Shown piece by piece: positions 62,848 to 64,000 of a stretch of DNA of 64,000 nt. The DNA is from Basidiobolus meristosporus CBS 931.73. Lineage: Eukaryota; Fungi; Basidiobolomycota. The stretch is from assembly GCA_002104905.1 (NCBI GenBank), contig MCFE01000136.1, forward strand, positions 93,825 to 157,824, read 5' to 3'. The position numbers and the translations under genes are program-made. Below the pieces are notes generated by a model. The model made no database searches and was not told the origin of the DNA. It was given only the letters and a program-made list of their open reading frames with translations. The stretch's first letter is position 1. Every line of letters starts with the position of its first letter.

Positions 62848-62888
62848 AAGAAATAAGAAGAAGAGGGTAAGATGGGGTGGGTGGGTGG

Positions 62889-63797
62889 GAAAATTAGCAG
62901 GGAGAAGAGAAGGAAGGAGCAAAAATTCCAGAAGTCAGAATTTATAGATGGATGGACAAGGGTAGATGGATGGATTATTCCTGGGTTAGGAAAATTAGCA
63001 GGGAGAAGAGAAGGAAGGAGCAAAAATTCCAGAAGTCAGAATTTATAGATGGATGGACAAGGGTAGATGGATGGATTATTCCTGGGTTAGGAAAATTAGC
63101 AGGGAGAAGAGAAGGAAGGAGCAAAAATTCCAGAAGTCAGAATTTATAGATGGATGGACAAGGGTAGATGGATGGATTATTCCTGGGTTAGGAAAATTAG
63201 CAGGGAGAAGAGAAGGAAGGAGCAAAAATTCCAGAAGTCAGAATTTATAGATGGATGGACAAGGGTAGATGGATGGATTATTCCTGGGTTAGGAAAATTA
63301 GCAGGGAGAAGAGAAGGAAGGAGCAAAAATTCCAGAAGTCAGAATTTATAGATGGATGGACAAGGGTAGATGGATGGATTATTCCTGGGTTAGGAAAATT
63401 AGCAGGGAGAAGAGAAGGAAGGAGCAAAAATTCCAGAAGTCAGAATTTATAGATGGATGGACAAGGGTAGATGGATGGATTATTCCTGGGTTAGGAAAAT
63501 TAGCAGGGAGAAGAGAAGGAAGGAGCAAAAATTCCAGAAGTCAGAATTTATAGATGGATGGACAAGGGTAGATGGATGGATTATTCCTGGGTTAGGAAAA
63601 TTAGCAGGGAGAAGAGAAGGAAGGAGCAAAAATTCCAGAAGTCAGAATTTATAGATGGATGGACAAGGGTAGATGGATGGATTATTCCTGGGTTAGGAAA
63701 ATTAGCAGGGAGAAGAGAAGGAAGGAGCAAAAATTCCAGAAGTCAGAATTTATAGATGGATGGACAAGGGTAGATGGATGGATTATTCCTGGGTTAG
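62889..63797. repeat. Nine apparently identical 101-bp tandem monomers
   Basis: The unit GAAAATTAGCAGGG...ATTATTCCTGGGTTAG starts at 62889 and every 101 bp after. Identical 65-aa ORFs recur at the same period in the ORF track. Confidence 0.97.
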
Positions 63798-63835
<38 letters not shown>

Positions 63836-63851
63836 GGTTTAGGGTTTAGGG

Positions 63852-63892
<41 letters not shown>

Positions 63893-64000
63893 GGTTAGGG
63901 TTAGGGTTAGGGTTAGGGTTAGGGTTAGGGTTAGGGTTAGGGTTAGGGTTAGGGTTAGGGTTAGGGTTAGGGTTAGGGTTAGGGTTAGGGTTAGGTTAGG
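63791..64000 (+). repeat. Telomere (TTAGGG)n with proximal TTTAGGG variants
   Basis: Uninterrupted G-rich repeats to the end of the window. Confidence 0.98.

Larger units (their letters stand above)
62061..63797 (-). mobile_element. Telomeric module T6 (family D): ORF1/Gag-like-only element with a 5' monomer array
   Basis: Shared 3' motif at 62061-62137, intact ORF 62191-62847, then nine 101-bp monomers running into the telomere. Confidence 0.75.

Noticed and set aside
62952-63755. Seven identical 65-aa ORFs
   Set aside because: Artefacts of the 101-bp tandem repeat, shifting frame each unit. No coding evidence.
62889-63797. CRISPR-like array
   Set aside because: Units are identical with no unique spacers, the context is eukaryotic, and no cas genes are present.
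1-64000. tRNA, rRNA, riboswitch or bacterial HGT genes
   Set aside because: None recognised by eye; tRNAscan-SE and an Rfam scan would be needed to exclude them.

Overview
Right-hand end of a fungal chromosome. It is intron-rich with TTAGGG telomeres; a non-Dikarya fungus is likely, but that is inference. Three zones. (1) 1-~12900 is a CpG-poor transposon graveyard: degenerate direct repeats, a CACTA/EnSpm transposase fragment, a ~750-bp foldback element, a decayed Ty1/Copia element, nested solo LTRs of the same family, and a solo LTR of a second family. (2) ~13000-54200 is a gene block: CorA-family Mg2+ transporter, acyl-CoA oxidase with PTS2, a 60-aa GPI-anchored micropeptide candidate, three paralogous C2H2 factors, a Jsn1/Puf2-type RRM+PUF protein, TFIIF large subunit, a Sororin-like protein, a trihelix/Myb-SANT protein, two 7TM proteins and one hypothetical gene. 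(3) 57059-64000 is the main finding: a head-to-tail array of six LINE-type retroelement modules, five of them 5'-truncated, all on the minus strand with 3' ends toward the centromere. Each is joined to its neighbour through TTAGGG or G-rich telomere-like sequence. The array ends in nine 101-bp monomers that run into the telomere. RT-coding modules and an ORF1-only module share a 3' double-hairpin + CCCUAA element with a compensatory base change. This suggests a bipartite, HeT-A/TART-like end-attaching retroelement system coexisting with canonical telomeric repeats. All alignments were done by eye; no database search was run.
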